DNA of 64,000 nt from Candidatus Bathyarchaeia archaeon (lineage in GTDB: Archaea; Thermoproteota; Bathyarchaeia; Bathyarchaeales; Bathycorpusculaceae). The position numbers and the translations under genes are program-made. The stretch is taken from NCBI GenBank assembly GCA_049516875.1, contig JBEKSS010000001.1:96001-160000 (forward strand), in the 5' to 3' direction. The notes under the pieces were generated by a model, which made no database searches, was not told where the DNA came from, and saw only the letters and a program-made list of their open reading frames with translations. Of this stretch, positions 30,201-39,464 are shown piece after piece. Every line of letters begins with the position of its first letter. Position 1 is the first letter of the stretch.

Positions 30201-30792
30201 CAACCAACTTGCCCTGTCTCACTACGCAGATCAGATTTCGCGCTACAAGGAACTATCAATGAGAATGAACGAACTTGAAAAAGAAAAACAGGCAATACTA
30301 CAGTTCATGGATGAAATTGAACGCAAAAAACGCAGAGTCTTCACAGAAGCCTTCGACAAGATAAACCAAAACTTGCGAAAGTACTTTTCAAAGCTCACCG
30401 GAGGAGGCGAAACTACGCTGACGCTTGAAAACGCCGAAGACCCATTCCAAGGCGGTATAGACATGATCGTAACATTTCCGAATAAACCCTCAATAGTGGT
30501 GAGTGGAGCCAGCGGCGGCGAACGCTCAGTTGCGGCTGTCGCATTCATATTTGCCCTGAAAGAGTTCACCCCCGCATCGTTTTACGTTCTCGACGAAGTA
30601 GATGCGCACCTAGACGCACTGCATGTTTCAAAACTAGCGGATCTACTTCTAGAAGAGTCGGACAAGACCCAGTTCATAGTTATCACACTAAAGCCCGAAA
30701 TGGTGAACAAGGCACAGAAAGTCTACGGAGTCTACATGCGCGATGGAAACTCAAACGTCGTTTCGGCAAAATTCCTAGAGGTGCCAAGCTGA
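27241..30792 (+). CDS. smc: Chromosome segregation ATPase SMC
   Basis: GFKSF, GPNGSGKTN, long coiled coils, hinge (GVYGRL..GRIKIIPL), ASGGERS, LDEVDAHLD. Confidence 0.97.
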   Translation: MPYIKRIELKGFKSFGPQGVKIALDKGFTVITGPNGSGKTNILDAFLFSLGELSTRRLRAETAAKLIFHGSEKADPERAKMAKVVIQFDNSDGRMPVDTATVTISREVYRNGQSVYRLNGRRISRAHNIEILSMAGISSTSQNIILQGAITRLTDISPMERRKIIEDLVGIGQYDSEKAQAEEKLRAADISIRTAMGRIDEVQNRLDDLERERNELLKANSIHGEIRKFETVKISCEMAQTQKKVEKTSLEAQKIGGKLEKLRQLRDDRRSKRRAVEGEWRKLSSEIVEEGGSQVLKVQVRIGELKSKLTELATKISSGKTSLEGLRRIKENNLEQYQTIQKEIHENRLRIRQSRNEYNRISDQTNQKQAEHDALAQETVQLWENLGENSKRIREIELKLEDDYKRLAFLRSEYLKNQTAISVRSRRLKDLNDRKARFSGTMCELEKSFLELEKVQKEQRTQLKNLERTRERRFAQKEAAEREITEAGKIANSAREAVVEFVTQRELAETVAAEEKALRSIEELGELGVIQGVYGRLRNLIKIDKSFQRAIEAAATGWLDALIVKDLDSAFTCTEMLRRMKLGRIKIIPLQEATNVKPVKVPEKEGINGAAQLFMKCERNYQPAINFVFGDTLIVSDDKTASALSAQGHRAVTVNGDLYEVGGAFEGGYYRAPIDFSTIIPSEVAIKSLDEAVNALQQHLSRRGSDITGFEEEIAKTRVEIARLSEAITTLEREITRVKRNIRRTKSNVKRIDHLVTRTDKEIENEKAQMWIHRAERSTIQKEMRKLQTELTSLRKKADPGHIQEMEVDREKLAEEMITLRQKLGATQTETSTLQSQFDNVLRVGYQNSKIQVSKVNQQLGRVEKEVEEALKDRESLKQELGELEKSRVQLSKSVFSAREESKKFTAQIDDIDKELKKLDPEYEQVDRLLNQLQLNVQTSLLQLEQHRNRLRLLGYEQPLTVTPKQVEEAETSIKMMQLELERIGAVNQLALSHYADQISRYKELSMRMNELEKEKQAILQFMDEIERKKRRVFTEAFDKINQNLRKYFSKLTGGGETTLTLENAEDPFQGGIDMIVTFPNKPSIVVSGASGGERSVAAVAFIFALKEFTPASFYVLDEVDAHLDALHVSKLADLLLEESDKTQFIVITLKPEMVNKAQKVYGVYMRDGNSNVVSAKFLEVPS

Positions 30793-31478
30793 TGTCATCT
30801 ACAACCACCAGAAAGCCGTTCTACCTGCTTCCACCATGGAACATCCTCTTCGAGTTCCACAAACTTGAGAAGCTTGTCCCCTGGAACGTCAACATTGCCT
30901 ATTTGCTCACATCATTCCTTGAGCATATGGAAAAAACAGGACAAGTCGATTTCAGAGCCTCTGGCGTTGCCCTCGATTCTTCAGCCCTAATATACCTAAT
31001 GAAGTCAAAGCTTCTGCTGAAGCTGGAAGAACCCCCGCCACCCCCCAAGGCACCACAGGATTTCTTGCCTCCACCATTGTTTCTGCCCCTCAGACACGAA
31101 CTGACTTCAACAACAATAAGAAACCTGCTGGAAGTCCTAGACGATGTCTTGAAGGGCGAAAAACTAATCCGCCTTGAGAAAACGGTTGCACAAAACGTTC
31201 TGCCAACGCCCTCAGAGATTCTTCCAGAGTTAGACCTGTACTTGATGGAAATTGGACTCCAGATGGAAAAGCTCTACACCACTCTTTCGGACAGAGTGAA
31301 AGGTGCGGGTTTGATAGAGTTCTCAACCCTAGTAAGTGGTTCTGGACGACTGGAGGCTATCCGCACGTTTATTCTGTTGCTTTTCTTGGCCCAAGAGGGG
31401 AAGATAAACTTGTGGCAGAATGAAGAGACAGAGGAGATTTACATCACAGTTGGAGAGTTAAGACTTGCAGAAAGCTGA
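30792..31478 (+). CDS. scpA: Kleisin ScpA
   Basis: PWNVNIA, DFRASG, C-terminal FILLLFLAQEGKI.LWQ; lies between smc and scpB. Confidence 0.8.
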   Translation: MSSTTTRKPFYLLPPWNILFEFHKLEKLVPWNVNIAYLLTSFLEHMEKTGQVDFRASGVALDSSALIYLMKSKLLLKLEEPPPPPKAPQDFLPPPLFLPLRHELTSTTIRNLLEVLDDVLKGEKLIRLEKTVAQNVLPTPSEILPELDLYLMEIGLQMEKLYTTLSDRVKGAGLIEFSTLVSGSGRLEAIRTFILLLFLAQEGKINLWQNEETEEIYITVGELRLAES

Positions 31479-32076
31479 GAAACAGGCAATTAGTTCTGAT
31501 GTAGGTGTTAGGCAAGAAGAAAGCAGAGACAAAACACAGGATGACCTAGTGCTTGTGGAAGCCGCATTGTATGTTGCTGGACACCCGCTAGACATGAACG
31601 AGTTGTGCTCGGTTCTGAAGACACGGTCAAAAACCAAGACCAGAAAAGTTGTGGAAAAGCTAGTTCAAGACTACCTAAACAGAAACACGGCCCTCGAAAT
31701 CTTGAAACTGAAAGATGAAAGATTTGTCATGCAGTTAAAGAGTGATTTCACGCCTCATGTCAAGAGATTCGTTAACAGACCGCTTCTCTCTGTTGGCCCA
31801 TTGAAGACGCTCTCTTACATAGCTTACAGACAACCAGTAGCCCAGAAAAGGGTCGTTGACGTACGAGGCCACCATGCTTATGGACACATCAAAGAGCTGA
31901 AGGACATGGGCCTGATTGCCAGCGAAAGAAACGGACGCTCTATGATTATCAGGACGACCGAATACTTTTCAGATTACTTTGGCCTAAGCCAAGACACGGC
32001 ATCGATGAAGAGAGAGTTGAAACATGTTTTTGATAATTTTCCAAAAGTAGACAATCCTCGAAATGAAAACGGATAG
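31465..32076 (+). CDS. scpB: ScpB
   Basis: VEAALYVAG, LKTLSYIAYRQPV, RTTEYFSDYFGL. Confidence 0.93.
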   Translation: MQKAEKQAISSDVGVRQEESRDKTQDDLVLVEAALYVAGHPLDMNELCSVLKTRSKTKTRKVVEKLVQDYLNRNTALEILKLKDERFVMQLKSDFTPHVKRFVNRPLLSVGPLKTLSYIAYRQPVAQKRVVDVRGHHAYGHIKELKDMGLIASERNGRSMIIRTTEYFSDYFGLSQDTASMKRELKHVFDNFPKVDNPRNENG

Positions 32077-32077
32077 G

Positions 32078-32089
32078 TTTATATTTAAA
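32078..32089 (+). promoter_or_regulatory. TATA box candidate for rps8e
   Basis: TTTATATTTAAA about 50 nt upstream of the ATG. Confidence 0.5.
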
Positions 32090-32135
32090 CAAATGGTGAT
32101 AATGAACACCAAATTTAGCATCAAGGGAGAGAACT

Positions 32136-32531
32136 ATGTCCGTTTGGCACGGTGACACGCACAAAAAAAGGCTGACTGGAGCCAGAAAAAAAAGCTATAG
32201 AAAGAAGAGGAAATACGAGCAAGGCACATTTCCAGCAGAAACCCTCATGGGTGAACAGAAACGGAAAGTTGCAAGAGGAAGAGGAGGAAACCTCAAGCTC
32301 AAGATACTGAGCGAAAAACAGGTGTGTGTAACCAACCCCAAAACTGGAAAGACGGAGAAAACCGAGGTCGTGCGAGTCATAAAAAACCCAGCAAACATCG
32401 ACTACGACCGTCGAGGCGTAATAACCAAGGGCGCAGTGGTAGAGACACCTTTGGGTCAAGCACGCATCACGTCACGCCCTGGACAGCACGGAATATTGAA
32501 TGCAGTCCTGACTGGAGAAGAAAAAACCTAG
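32136..32531 (+). CDS. rps8e: Ribosomal protein S8e
   Basis: RGRGGN, NPAN, ITKGAVVET, TSRPGQHG. Confidence 0.97.
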   Translation: MSVWHGDTHKKRLTGARKKSYRKKRKYEQGTFPAETLMGEQKRKVARGRGGNLKLKILSEKQVCVTNPKTGKTEKTEVVRVIKNPANIDYDRRGVITKGAVVETPLGQARITSRPGQHGILNAVLTGEEKT

Positions 32532-32534
32532 TCC

Positions 32535-32852
32535 TCACTTCAACCCAAGTGTGCTGCGCATTTTTAGAAGCTGTTTGGCGATAAGAAGGACTATCTGGCC
32601 TTTTGAACCTTTTCCCTTTACCTGAATCATGCCGGTTTTCAGCCACGGCGTCTTAGAATAACCAACATCGGCAACAAGTTCATGAGGTAGACCAAGCTTC
32701 TCCGCGGCCTCCTTCACCTCTACAATTCTTGGGGAGGGCACAGCCAGATTCTTCGGCACTCTTCTTCCGTCATTTCTTGTTTTGGTTGAATCGAAGTAAG
32801 CTGGCCAAATGATTATCTTCTCTTGCTGCCGCATACCTTTCCTCTCGGTCAC
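32535..32852 (-). CDS. srp19: Signal recognition particle protein SRP19
   Basis: IIWPAYFDS..TR..GRRVP. Confidence 0.93.
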   Translation of the reverse strand: MTERKGMRQQEKIIIWPAYFDSTKTRNDGRRVPKNLAVPSPRIVEVKEAAEKLGLPHELVADVGYSKTPWLKTGMIQVKGKGSKGQIVLLIAKQLLKMRSTLGLK

Positions 32853-34621
32853 TTTTGTGCGAAGTAGGCCGTTAACTTATCGTTGACTTGGTCTATCCTC
32901 ACGAAGCCAAACCGCTCGAACTGTATCACATCGTCCTTCTTTAACCTTTTACAAACACCCTCTGCAATGCCCTCGGCCAACGTTGCATCAGGCATCACAA
33001 CCTGGCAGGGCATGTCCTCGCCGACTGGAACCCAGTGAATCAACTGCGCCTTGATATCTCTTGCCTGCGCGTAGGACTCACTCTCAAAAGAGGCCTCAGC
33101 CGCGTAGACGCTTGCACATATGATCTTAACGTTGAACAATTCCATCAGCCGAAGCACCGTCCCAACCTTTGAAGAGTCCACATCTCTTCTCGAAACCCAA
33201 AAAGCCACACTGCCATCGTTTCCCATAGGCACTATCCTGTATTCCCTTAAACCCCTTTCAGGATTATCAGGATGTAAGTGAAGTCTTGCAACAAACTCTT
33301 TGGGTACATGCTTCACACTCAATTCTATCGGGTTCTGCACAAAGAAGTATCTGTCAGCGACCGGATCCAATATCTTGCGATTGTGAGCGTACAGGTTCTC
33401 CCAGCTCAGCACAACATCTGAAGTTTTGGGTCCAATGTCAATCATCAGCTTCCTAATCGCATCAGGGGTTATTCCACGCCTCCGCAATGCCAAAAGAGTT
33501 GCCAGACGTGGATCATCCCAGTCCTTGTAAAGCCCTTCCCTCATCCCTTGAACAATTTTTGATTTGCTCAAGGAAGCTCCGGTAATCTTTAGCCTGCCGT
33601 AATGTATGGTCTCAGGATACTTCCAGCCCAGGTGTAGGTACATGTATTCCTGACGAACTTGATTCGTGAGATGCTCTTTCCCCCGGATAATATGAGTGAT
33701 CCCCATGAGATGGTCGTCAACGCCCGCTGCAAGATTGTAAAGTGGCCAAACGCGATACTTGCTTCCAACTCTTGGATGAGGGTACTTCTCAGTGTCAAGA
33801 ACGCGGAGTGCAGGCCAATCACGCACCGCAGGGTTGGGATGGTTCAAGTCCGTCTTGACGCGGACAACGGCTTCACCTTGTCTGTATCCTCCTTCAAGCA
33901 TGCGCCGCCATCTTGCTAGATGTTCTTCCTTAGGACAATCGCGACATTCACAGGGCTTATGAGCCAAGATTCTCTTTCGAAACTCCTCAGGCACACATGT
34001 GCAGACATAAGCGTTACCGTCATTGAGTAGCTTTTCAGCATACTCGTAATATATTGGTATTCTGTCGCTTTGGATGTACTCTCCATCCGGCTTACATCCA
34101 AGCCAAGCCAAATCCCTTCTGATGCGATCGTAGAACTCCAAAACAGGCCTTTTCAGCTTAGGATCAGTGTCCTCGAACCGAAGTATAAATTTGCCATCGT
34201 ACATGCGAGCGTACTCGTGGCACAATACTATGGCTCTGGCAGAGCCCAAATGCAACACACAGTCAGGATTCGGCGAATAACGCGTGACAATTCGCTGATA
34301 GTTCGCCGCATTCGGCAAAGGCGGCAGATGCCTCTCTTCCTGCACCTTCTCTTTTACGAGAGCCTCGGGCCATTTTTCCTCAATGATGTGCAGTTGTTCA
34401 TGCAAAGAAAGACCGTTGACTTCTCGGATAACCTCGTTAACTAGGTCCGACACTTCCTTGACTCGGGTTCTGTATTCAGGCTTTTCGCCCAATGTTTTTC
34501 CGACAACTGGACCGGTTTGTGCCTTACCCTCGTGCTTAACTGCATTTAACAAAGCCATCTTGCGAATGAACTCTTTGAGCTCCGTGTTAGTTTTGGCCGT
34601 CAAAGTGTTACACTCAATCAT
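32849..34621 (-). CDS. gltX: Glutamyl-tRNA synthetase
   Basis: RYSPNP..LHLG, RFEDTDP, IIRGKEH, LSKS, WDDPRL, QFERFGF. Confidence 0.96.
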   Translation of the reverse strand: MIECNTLTAKTNTELKEFIRKMALLNAVKHEGKAQTGPVVGKTLGEKPEYRTRVKEVSDLVNEVIREVNGLSLHEQLHIIEEKWPEALVKEKVQEERHLPPLPNAANYQRIVTRYSPNPDCVLHLGSARAIVLCHEYARMYDGKFILRFEDTDPKLKRPVLEFYDRIRRDLAWLGCKPDGEYIQSDRIPIYYEYAEKLLNDGNAYVCTCVPEEFRKRILAHKPCECRDCPKEEHLARWRRMLEGGYRQGEAVVRVKTDLNHPNPAVRDWPALRVLDTEKYPHPRVGSKYRVWPLYNLAAGVDDHLMGITHIIRGKEHLTNQVRQEYMYLHLGWKYPETIHYGRLKITGASLSKSKIVQGMREGLYKDWDDPRLATLLALRRRGITPDAIRKLMIDIGPKTSDVVLSWENLYAHNRKILDPVADRYFFVQNPIELSVKHVPKEFVARLHLHPDNPERGLREYRIVPMGNDGSVAFWVSRRDVDSSKVGTVLRLMELFNVKIICASVYAAEASFESESYAQARDIKAQLIHWVPVGEDMPCQVVMPDATLAEGIAEGVCKRLKKDDVIQFERFGFVRIDQVNDKLTAYFAQK

Positions 34622-35692
34622 CTAGATTTTTCTCTCAATCAAGAACTCTGCAAAAGCTTTTAATTTTTCCTTTGCCTCTGAAACGGGTAGAAGCTGCTCG
34701 GCCTCGTTCCAGCTTCTCTTGACAATTCTTCTGGCAAACCGTTTGGCATACTCCATAGAGTCATACCTCTGCATTATGGCAATAGCCTCGTCTCTGAGCT
34801 TCTGATCCGAAGTGTGCATGTTGAGGATTTCAACGAGTCTTTTCCTGTCCCTGATGTTTGAAACTTTGAGGGTGTGTATGACTGGTAGGCTCCGCTTTCC
34901 TTCGGTTATGTCTTGTCCACGTCCCCCTTTTTTCTCTGCGAACTGAGCGCTCGTCAGGTCTAGAACGTCGTCTTTCAATTGGAAGCCTATGCCCAAGCTT
35001 TCAGCGAAATACCCAAGCTTTTCGACCAGCTGCTCGTCTGCATCGCACAGGACAGCAGCAATCTTGACAGCCATTCTTGCCAAAGTTCCAGTTTTGTACG
35101 CGCACATCTGCAAATAGTCCTTTTCACTGATTTCATCTGCGTTTGCCATGCCCCGATGCCATGCAATGTCCATCGCCTGCCCAAGGCTCAGATTAATCAT
35201 CTCCTGAGCGTAGACTTCATAGACCTGGGCGAGTTTTCTCTGTGAAACCTCGTCCCTGTTTTCCAGTAGCGGCAGAAGCGGCAGGTAATACATCGCGTTT
35301 CCCGCGTTTATGGCAATGTCCAACCCGAATATCTTGTATGTACACGGTTTGCCCCGTCGATATTCAGAGGCGTCTTCTATGTCATCAACCATCAAGGTCC
35401 CATTGTGCACTATCTCCGGAATTATCGCAAAATCAACGAAATCGGTGAGCCTCTTGCCAAGTGCTTCACACACTAACAGGAACAGCGTTGGACGCCAACG
35501 CTTTCCGCCCCTGTCAAGGAACTCCCAGATCGGATCAACAATTGCCTTGTTCAAGGCTTTCAAGTTGTAAGCATACCGCGGCTGATTGATTCTGAAAAGA
35601 ATGGCGTTCTTTGACAAAGTTCTCGGGATGTACCTTTCAATCGCTTTGTTCACCACTGAGACAGTCTCTTCAAGAAACTCTTCGAAACCCAA
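34622..35692 (-). CDS. idsA: Polyprenyl (geranylgeranyl) diphosphate synthase
   Basis: GGKRWRP, DDIED..RRG, KTG, FQLKDD. Confidence 0.9.
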   Translation of the reverse strand: MGFEEFLEETVSVVNKAIERYIPRTLSKNAILFRINQPRYAYNLKALNKAIVDPIWEFLDRGGKRWRPTLFLLVCEALGKRLTDFVDFAIIPEIVHNGTLMVDDIEDASEYRRGKPCTYKIFGLDIAINAGNAMYYLPLLPLLENRDEVSQRKLAQVYEVYAQEMINLSLGQAMDIAWHRGMANADEISEKDYLQMCAYKTGTLARMAVKIAAVLCDADEQLVEKLGYFAESLGIGFQLKDDVLDLTSAQFAEKKGGRGQDITEGKRSLPVIHTLKVSNIRDRKRLVEILNMHTSDQKLRDEAIAIMQRYDSMEYAKRFARRIVKRSWNEAEQLLPVSEAKEKLKAFAEFLIERKI

Positions 35693-35695
35693 ACT

Positions 35696-36799
35696 TCAAT
35701 TCCCTCCTCTTCTCGCATAGGACTCAACATCGAACCCCCTTACCCTCAGCCACTCAGACGTCCTACCCACCATGACAACCGGAGCCTTACACAAAGCTTC
35801 AATCGACTCTGCACCGACGAGGAACATCACATTTCTCAATTCGTCCATCAAAAGCGAAAGCATACCCCTCGTCTCCTGAACCCCTTTGACCGCAGCCCGC
35901 AAGACAGGCTGAGAAAGGCTCGTCAAACTTGAACCTAAGGCCAACGCTTTGGCAACATCCACTCCATTACGCACTCCTCCAGAAGCGATAACTGGAATGC
36001 TCACTGTTTGGGAAACCTCAACAACGCTTGCGGCTGTTGGAATACCCCAATCCCAGAAAAGGTCTCCCAGTCTGCGTCGGAAAGCGTCTTGAAGCTCCTT
36101 TGCGCGGTAATATTCAACTGCCGCCCAACTTGTGCCACCCGCTCCGCTCACGTCTATGCCCTTGGCTCCTGCAGCTTGCAGCTTTTTTGCCTCTTCAGCA
36201 GCTATGCCAGCGCCTGTCTCCTTGATGATAATAGGCTTGTCCAATTCTTCAGCGATTTGGCCCACCTTTTCAAGGATTCCTGCAAAGTTTGTCTGGCCTT
36301 CTGGCTGAGCTGTCTCCTGCAACGCATTCAGATGTATCGCCAACGCATCTGCCTCAATCATGTTCATCGCCTTCTTGACTTCTTTCAAGCCGTATCCGTT
36401 AACGAGCTGCACTCCGCCGATGTTTGCAATCAGAAAGGCTGAGGGCGCCTTTTTTCTCGCCACTGCAAAAGATTCCTCAAGTTTCTTACCCTCTAACGCG
36501 GCGCGTTGACTACCCAAGCCCATTCCTAAACCGAGTTCCTCAATGGCCTCGGCTATTGTCGCGTTAATCTTCGTGGCTTCTTGCGTTCCGCCAGTTATGG
36601 CGCCGGCGATTAGCGGCGCGGCAAACTTGTGACCGAAAACTGTTGTTGACAAATCTATTTGTTGCCTGTTGATTTCTGGCAAGGCTTTGTGAATGAATAT
36701 TGCATCCTCGAAGCCTGTTGTCACTTTTCTGGCTTGGACGTTGTGTTTTAGTGATATGCTTATGTGCTCTGCTTTCCGTTTTCTCATCCTTTCAGTCAA
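35696..36799 (-). CDS. fni: Type 2 isopentenyl-diphosphate isomerase
   Basis: RKAEHI, GSQRAAL, HLNALQE..QPEG, KETGAG, GAGGTSW. Confidence 0.96.
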   Translation of the reverse strand: MTERMRKRKAEHISISLKHNVQARKVTTGFEDAIFIHKALPEINRQQIDLSTTVFGHKFAAPLIAGAITGGTQEATKINATIAEAIEELGLGMGLGSQRAALEGKKLEESFAVARKKAPSAFLIANIGGVQLVNGYGLKEVKKAMNMIEADALAIHLNALQETAQPEGQTNFAGILEKVGQIAEELDKPIIIKETGAGIAAEEAKKLQAAGAKGIDVSGAGGTSWAAVEYYRAKELQDAFRRRLGDLFWDWGIPTAASVVEVSQTVSIPVIASGGVRNGVDVAKALALGSSLTSLSQPVLRAAVKGVQETRGMLSLLMDELRNVMFLVGAESIEALCKAPVVMVGRTSEWLRVRGFDVESYARRGGN

Positions 36800-36802
36800 A
36801 AT

Positions 36803-37618
36803 CTATTCCTTCTTTATCACCGTACCTTCAACCGCTTTTCCTTCAAGAACCTTGCAGACGTAGCCAGGCTTCGAAGCATTCACCATTGTCACTGGAATCC
36901 CACGTTCGACGGCTGGCAAGAGCTCCGCCACTTTGCCGAACATACCGCCTGTAACGTCACAGGCTGTCGGCTTGCACAATCTGCTCTGAAGCTCTTTCAG
37001 CTCTTCTGGTCTTAAGTGCCTGAGCATTCTTGCGGTTTTCTCAACTTTGGGATCAGTATCATAAAGCCCGTCCACATCGACGCCGAATACTATGCGCTCT
37101 GCGTTGAATCTCATGGCAAGTGATGAGACAAGTTGATCGCCTGACAGGATGGTGAAGCCTAACCTTACGTCCATGACCGCATCGCCATAAAGGACAGGAA
37201 TAAAACCCAGCTTCAGCAATGCTTTAACCGATGCATCCTCAAAATATTTTATTCTGCCATTTTCGGTGATTATGCAAGATGACGGCGTAACACTTACTGC
37301 TGGAACATCGTGCCAAATAAGGGAATCCACGAACAGGCCGTTCAGAACCGTCATCACGTGGTGAGTCTCTGAGAACCCGATTTTCTGTGAATCCTCTTTT
37401 AAACCGTTTTTTATCGCATATCTTTTGGCCGAGGGGTGGCCGAAACTCCCGCCCCCATGGACGATTATCAAGCTTTTGACATCGGCCTTCTGGATTTCTC
37501 CCGCCAACCGATCTATTTCTTTTGTTCGAGCCGCAAGCTCCCCACCTTTGTCGGTAATGACGGATCCGCCGATCTTCAGGATTGTAAGCCTAGGTTCGCT
37601 CAATCTTGACTCCTTCAT
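36803..37618 (-). CDS. ipk: Isopentenyl phosphate kinase
   Basis: KIGGSVITDK, HGGGSFGH, SGDQ, DVTGGM; mevalonate-cluster context. Confidence 0.92.
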   Translation of the reverse strand: MKESRLSEPRLTILKIGGSVITDKGGELAARTKEIDRLAGEIQKADVKSLIIVHGGGSFGHPSAKRYAIKNGLKEDSQKIGFSETHHVMTVLNGLFVDSLIWHDVPAVSVTPSSCIITENGRIKYFEDASVKALLKLGFIPVLYGDAVMDVRLGFTILSGDQLVSSLAMRFNAERIVFGVDVDGLYDTDPKVEKTARMLRHLRPEELKELQSRLCKPTACDVTGGMFGKVAELLPAVERGIPVTMVNASKPGYVCKVLEGKAVEGTVIKKE

Positions 37619-38573
37619 CTGTTTTTCTCGCTATGAACGGTCTTCCGCCCGCCCTCATTATTGCCTCTAAGACTTGTTCAAGCCTTTCGTTTCTTGCTAA
37701 CGCAATCATGCACCCGCCACCGCCGCCCCCTGTTAGTTTTGCGCCTAACGCTCCAGCCTTACGCGCAGCATTTATCAGCCACTCAAGTGACTCGCCAGAA
37801 ACTCCCATGCCATAAAGCAGGGCGTGATTGATGTTCATCAACTCTCCCAGAGTAGCCAAATCGTTCTCCTTGAATGCATCTATGGCTCTGAGAACGATTT
37901 CTCTGGCAACCTTTCGCAACGGTTCAAAGAGGCTTGGATATTTATCCATCACATTTCGCACTTTCTCAACTTGAACTCGTGTAGACCTCTCGACGCCTGT
38001 GTCCCCTACTACAAGCGGGATGTCCGCCTTCACTTCCAAAGGCTTGAACCCAGTATCCATTTGAAACAAGAGTGCACCGCCGAAAGTTGAAATCGCAGGA
38101 TCCACTCCTGAGGTAGTGCCGTGCACAACTTTCTCAGCGTCACAGGTGATGCGGAAAACGTCTTCCTTCGACATCTTCGCTTTGAGAAGAGAACCAGCTG
38201 CTGCCGTTACAGCGGCTATCACAGCTGCTGAAGAGCCCAAACCCACTGCGACAGGAACGGCTGAGTTGATTTCAATGTTCAGACCAACGTCTTCTCCACA
38301 CGTTCTCATGACTTTTTCCACGGCCAGCCTGATTGCCTCAAACTTCAATCTAGCCTCTTTGGCATCTCCCTTTTCAATCCTGAAATTCCCATTTTCGAAG
38401 AAGCCCGCGAAATCCAAGTTTGCCGACTGCAGATGGATGCGCTTGTCGTTGCGGCGATCGACTGTCGCATACGCTCGTCGATCTATGGCCAAAACGATGG
38501 CGGGCTCACCGTAGACTACGAAGTGCTCTCCGAAGAGTATAACCTTCGCGGGAGCTGAGGCAACGACTCCCAT
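37590..38573 (-). CDS. mvk: Mevalonate kinase
   Basis: APAKVILFGEH, GLGSSAA, SGVD, KLTGGGGGG. Confidence 0.95.
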   Translation of the reverse strand: MGVVASAPAKVILFGEHFVVYGEPAIVLAIDRRAYATVDRRNDKRIHLQSANLDFAGFFENGNFRIEKGDAKEARLKFEAIRLAVEKVMRTCGEDVGLNIEINSAVPVAVGLGSSAAVIAAVTAAAGSLLKAKMSKEDVFRITCDAEKVVHGTTSGVDPAISTFGGALLFQMDTGFKPLEVKADIPLVVGDTGVERSTRVQVEKVRNVMDKYPSLFEPLRKVAREIVLRAIDAFKENDLATLGELMNINHALLYGMGVSGESLEWLINAARKAGALGAKLTGGGGGGCMIALARNERLEQVLEAIMRAGGRPFIARKTDEGVKIERT

Positions 38574-38582
38574 TCTACACCA

Positions 38583-39464
38583 CTATTTCATGAAACACAC
38601 GGCGGCATACCCAACCACGCTTGAGTAGTCGCCAGTCACATCTCCACTGGTCTTATAGCATAATAATTTTGCCTCTCGTCCTCCCAAGATTTTCGCAGCA
38701 GTAATCAAAGCAGCTATTGGCCCATGGCCGCAAGCAGTAATGTTGTTGGTTTCGATGATTGATTGAAAGTGAGCCTCATCCATTGCTTCGATTGCTTCAA
38801 GAGCCTTCTTATCTTTCCTTTCTGCACTTTCCTGAGGCTCGTAATGAGTCATATCTGACGAAGCTATGATGACCGCTTTCTTGTCAAGCAAAACCTTAGC
38901 CACAGCCTGCCCGACCTCTCTCGCCGAAGACAAGTCCTGCATGAGGAAGCATATTGGCACAATCTTGAATCCTGAACCATAAAGATACTGGAGGAATGGA
39001 AGTTGAACCTCAATTGAATGTTCATAACTATGAGCAGAATCGTCAATGTCCACAGTACGTGATTCATACACGATTTGATTTGCCATTTCACCGTCTATTT
39101 CAACATCACCCAAAGGTGTACGCCAAACACCCTCATTCATGACGGCCAAACCGCTACCGTATCCGGTGTGATTTGGACCGAAAATAACTACAACATCAGG
39201 TTTGCCGTCAAGGGCAAGTCTATAGTAAGCATGCGCAGCAACAGGTCCTGAGAACATGTAGCCTGCATGCGGACAGATAAGCCCTATTACTTCTCGGGGG
39301 GCAGTTTTTGCAACTTCAGGAAGCTCCCCCGGTCCAAGTTTGTCCGTGAAGCATTTCTCTATTTGCCGTTTCAGTGCGTCAGAGGTTCCCTCATAAAAGG
39401 CTCCGGCTTGGCATGGACGCCGAACCTTCACCATCAGGTTAGGTTTCCTCCTCCTCCCTTGCAA
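38583..39464 (-). CDS. MEMO1 / AmmeMemoRadiSam protein B
   Basis: AGAFY, PHAGYMFSG, GPNH, EHSIEVQLPFLQ, SSDMTHY. Confidence 0.93.
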   Translation of the reverse strand: MQGRRRKPNLMVKVRRPCQAGAFYEGTSDALKRQIEKCFTDKLGPGELPEVAKTAPREVIGLICPHAGYMFSGPVAAHAYYRLALDGKPDVVVIFGPNHTGYGSGLAVMNEGVWRTPLGDVEIDGEMANQIVYESRTVDIDDSAHSYEHSIEVQLPFLQYLYGSGFKIVPICFLMQDLSSAREVGQAVAKVLLDKKAVIIASSDMTHYEPQESAERKDKKALEAIEAMDEAHFQSIIETNNITACGHGPIAALITAAKILGGREAKLLCYKTSGDVTGDYSSVVGYAAVCFMK

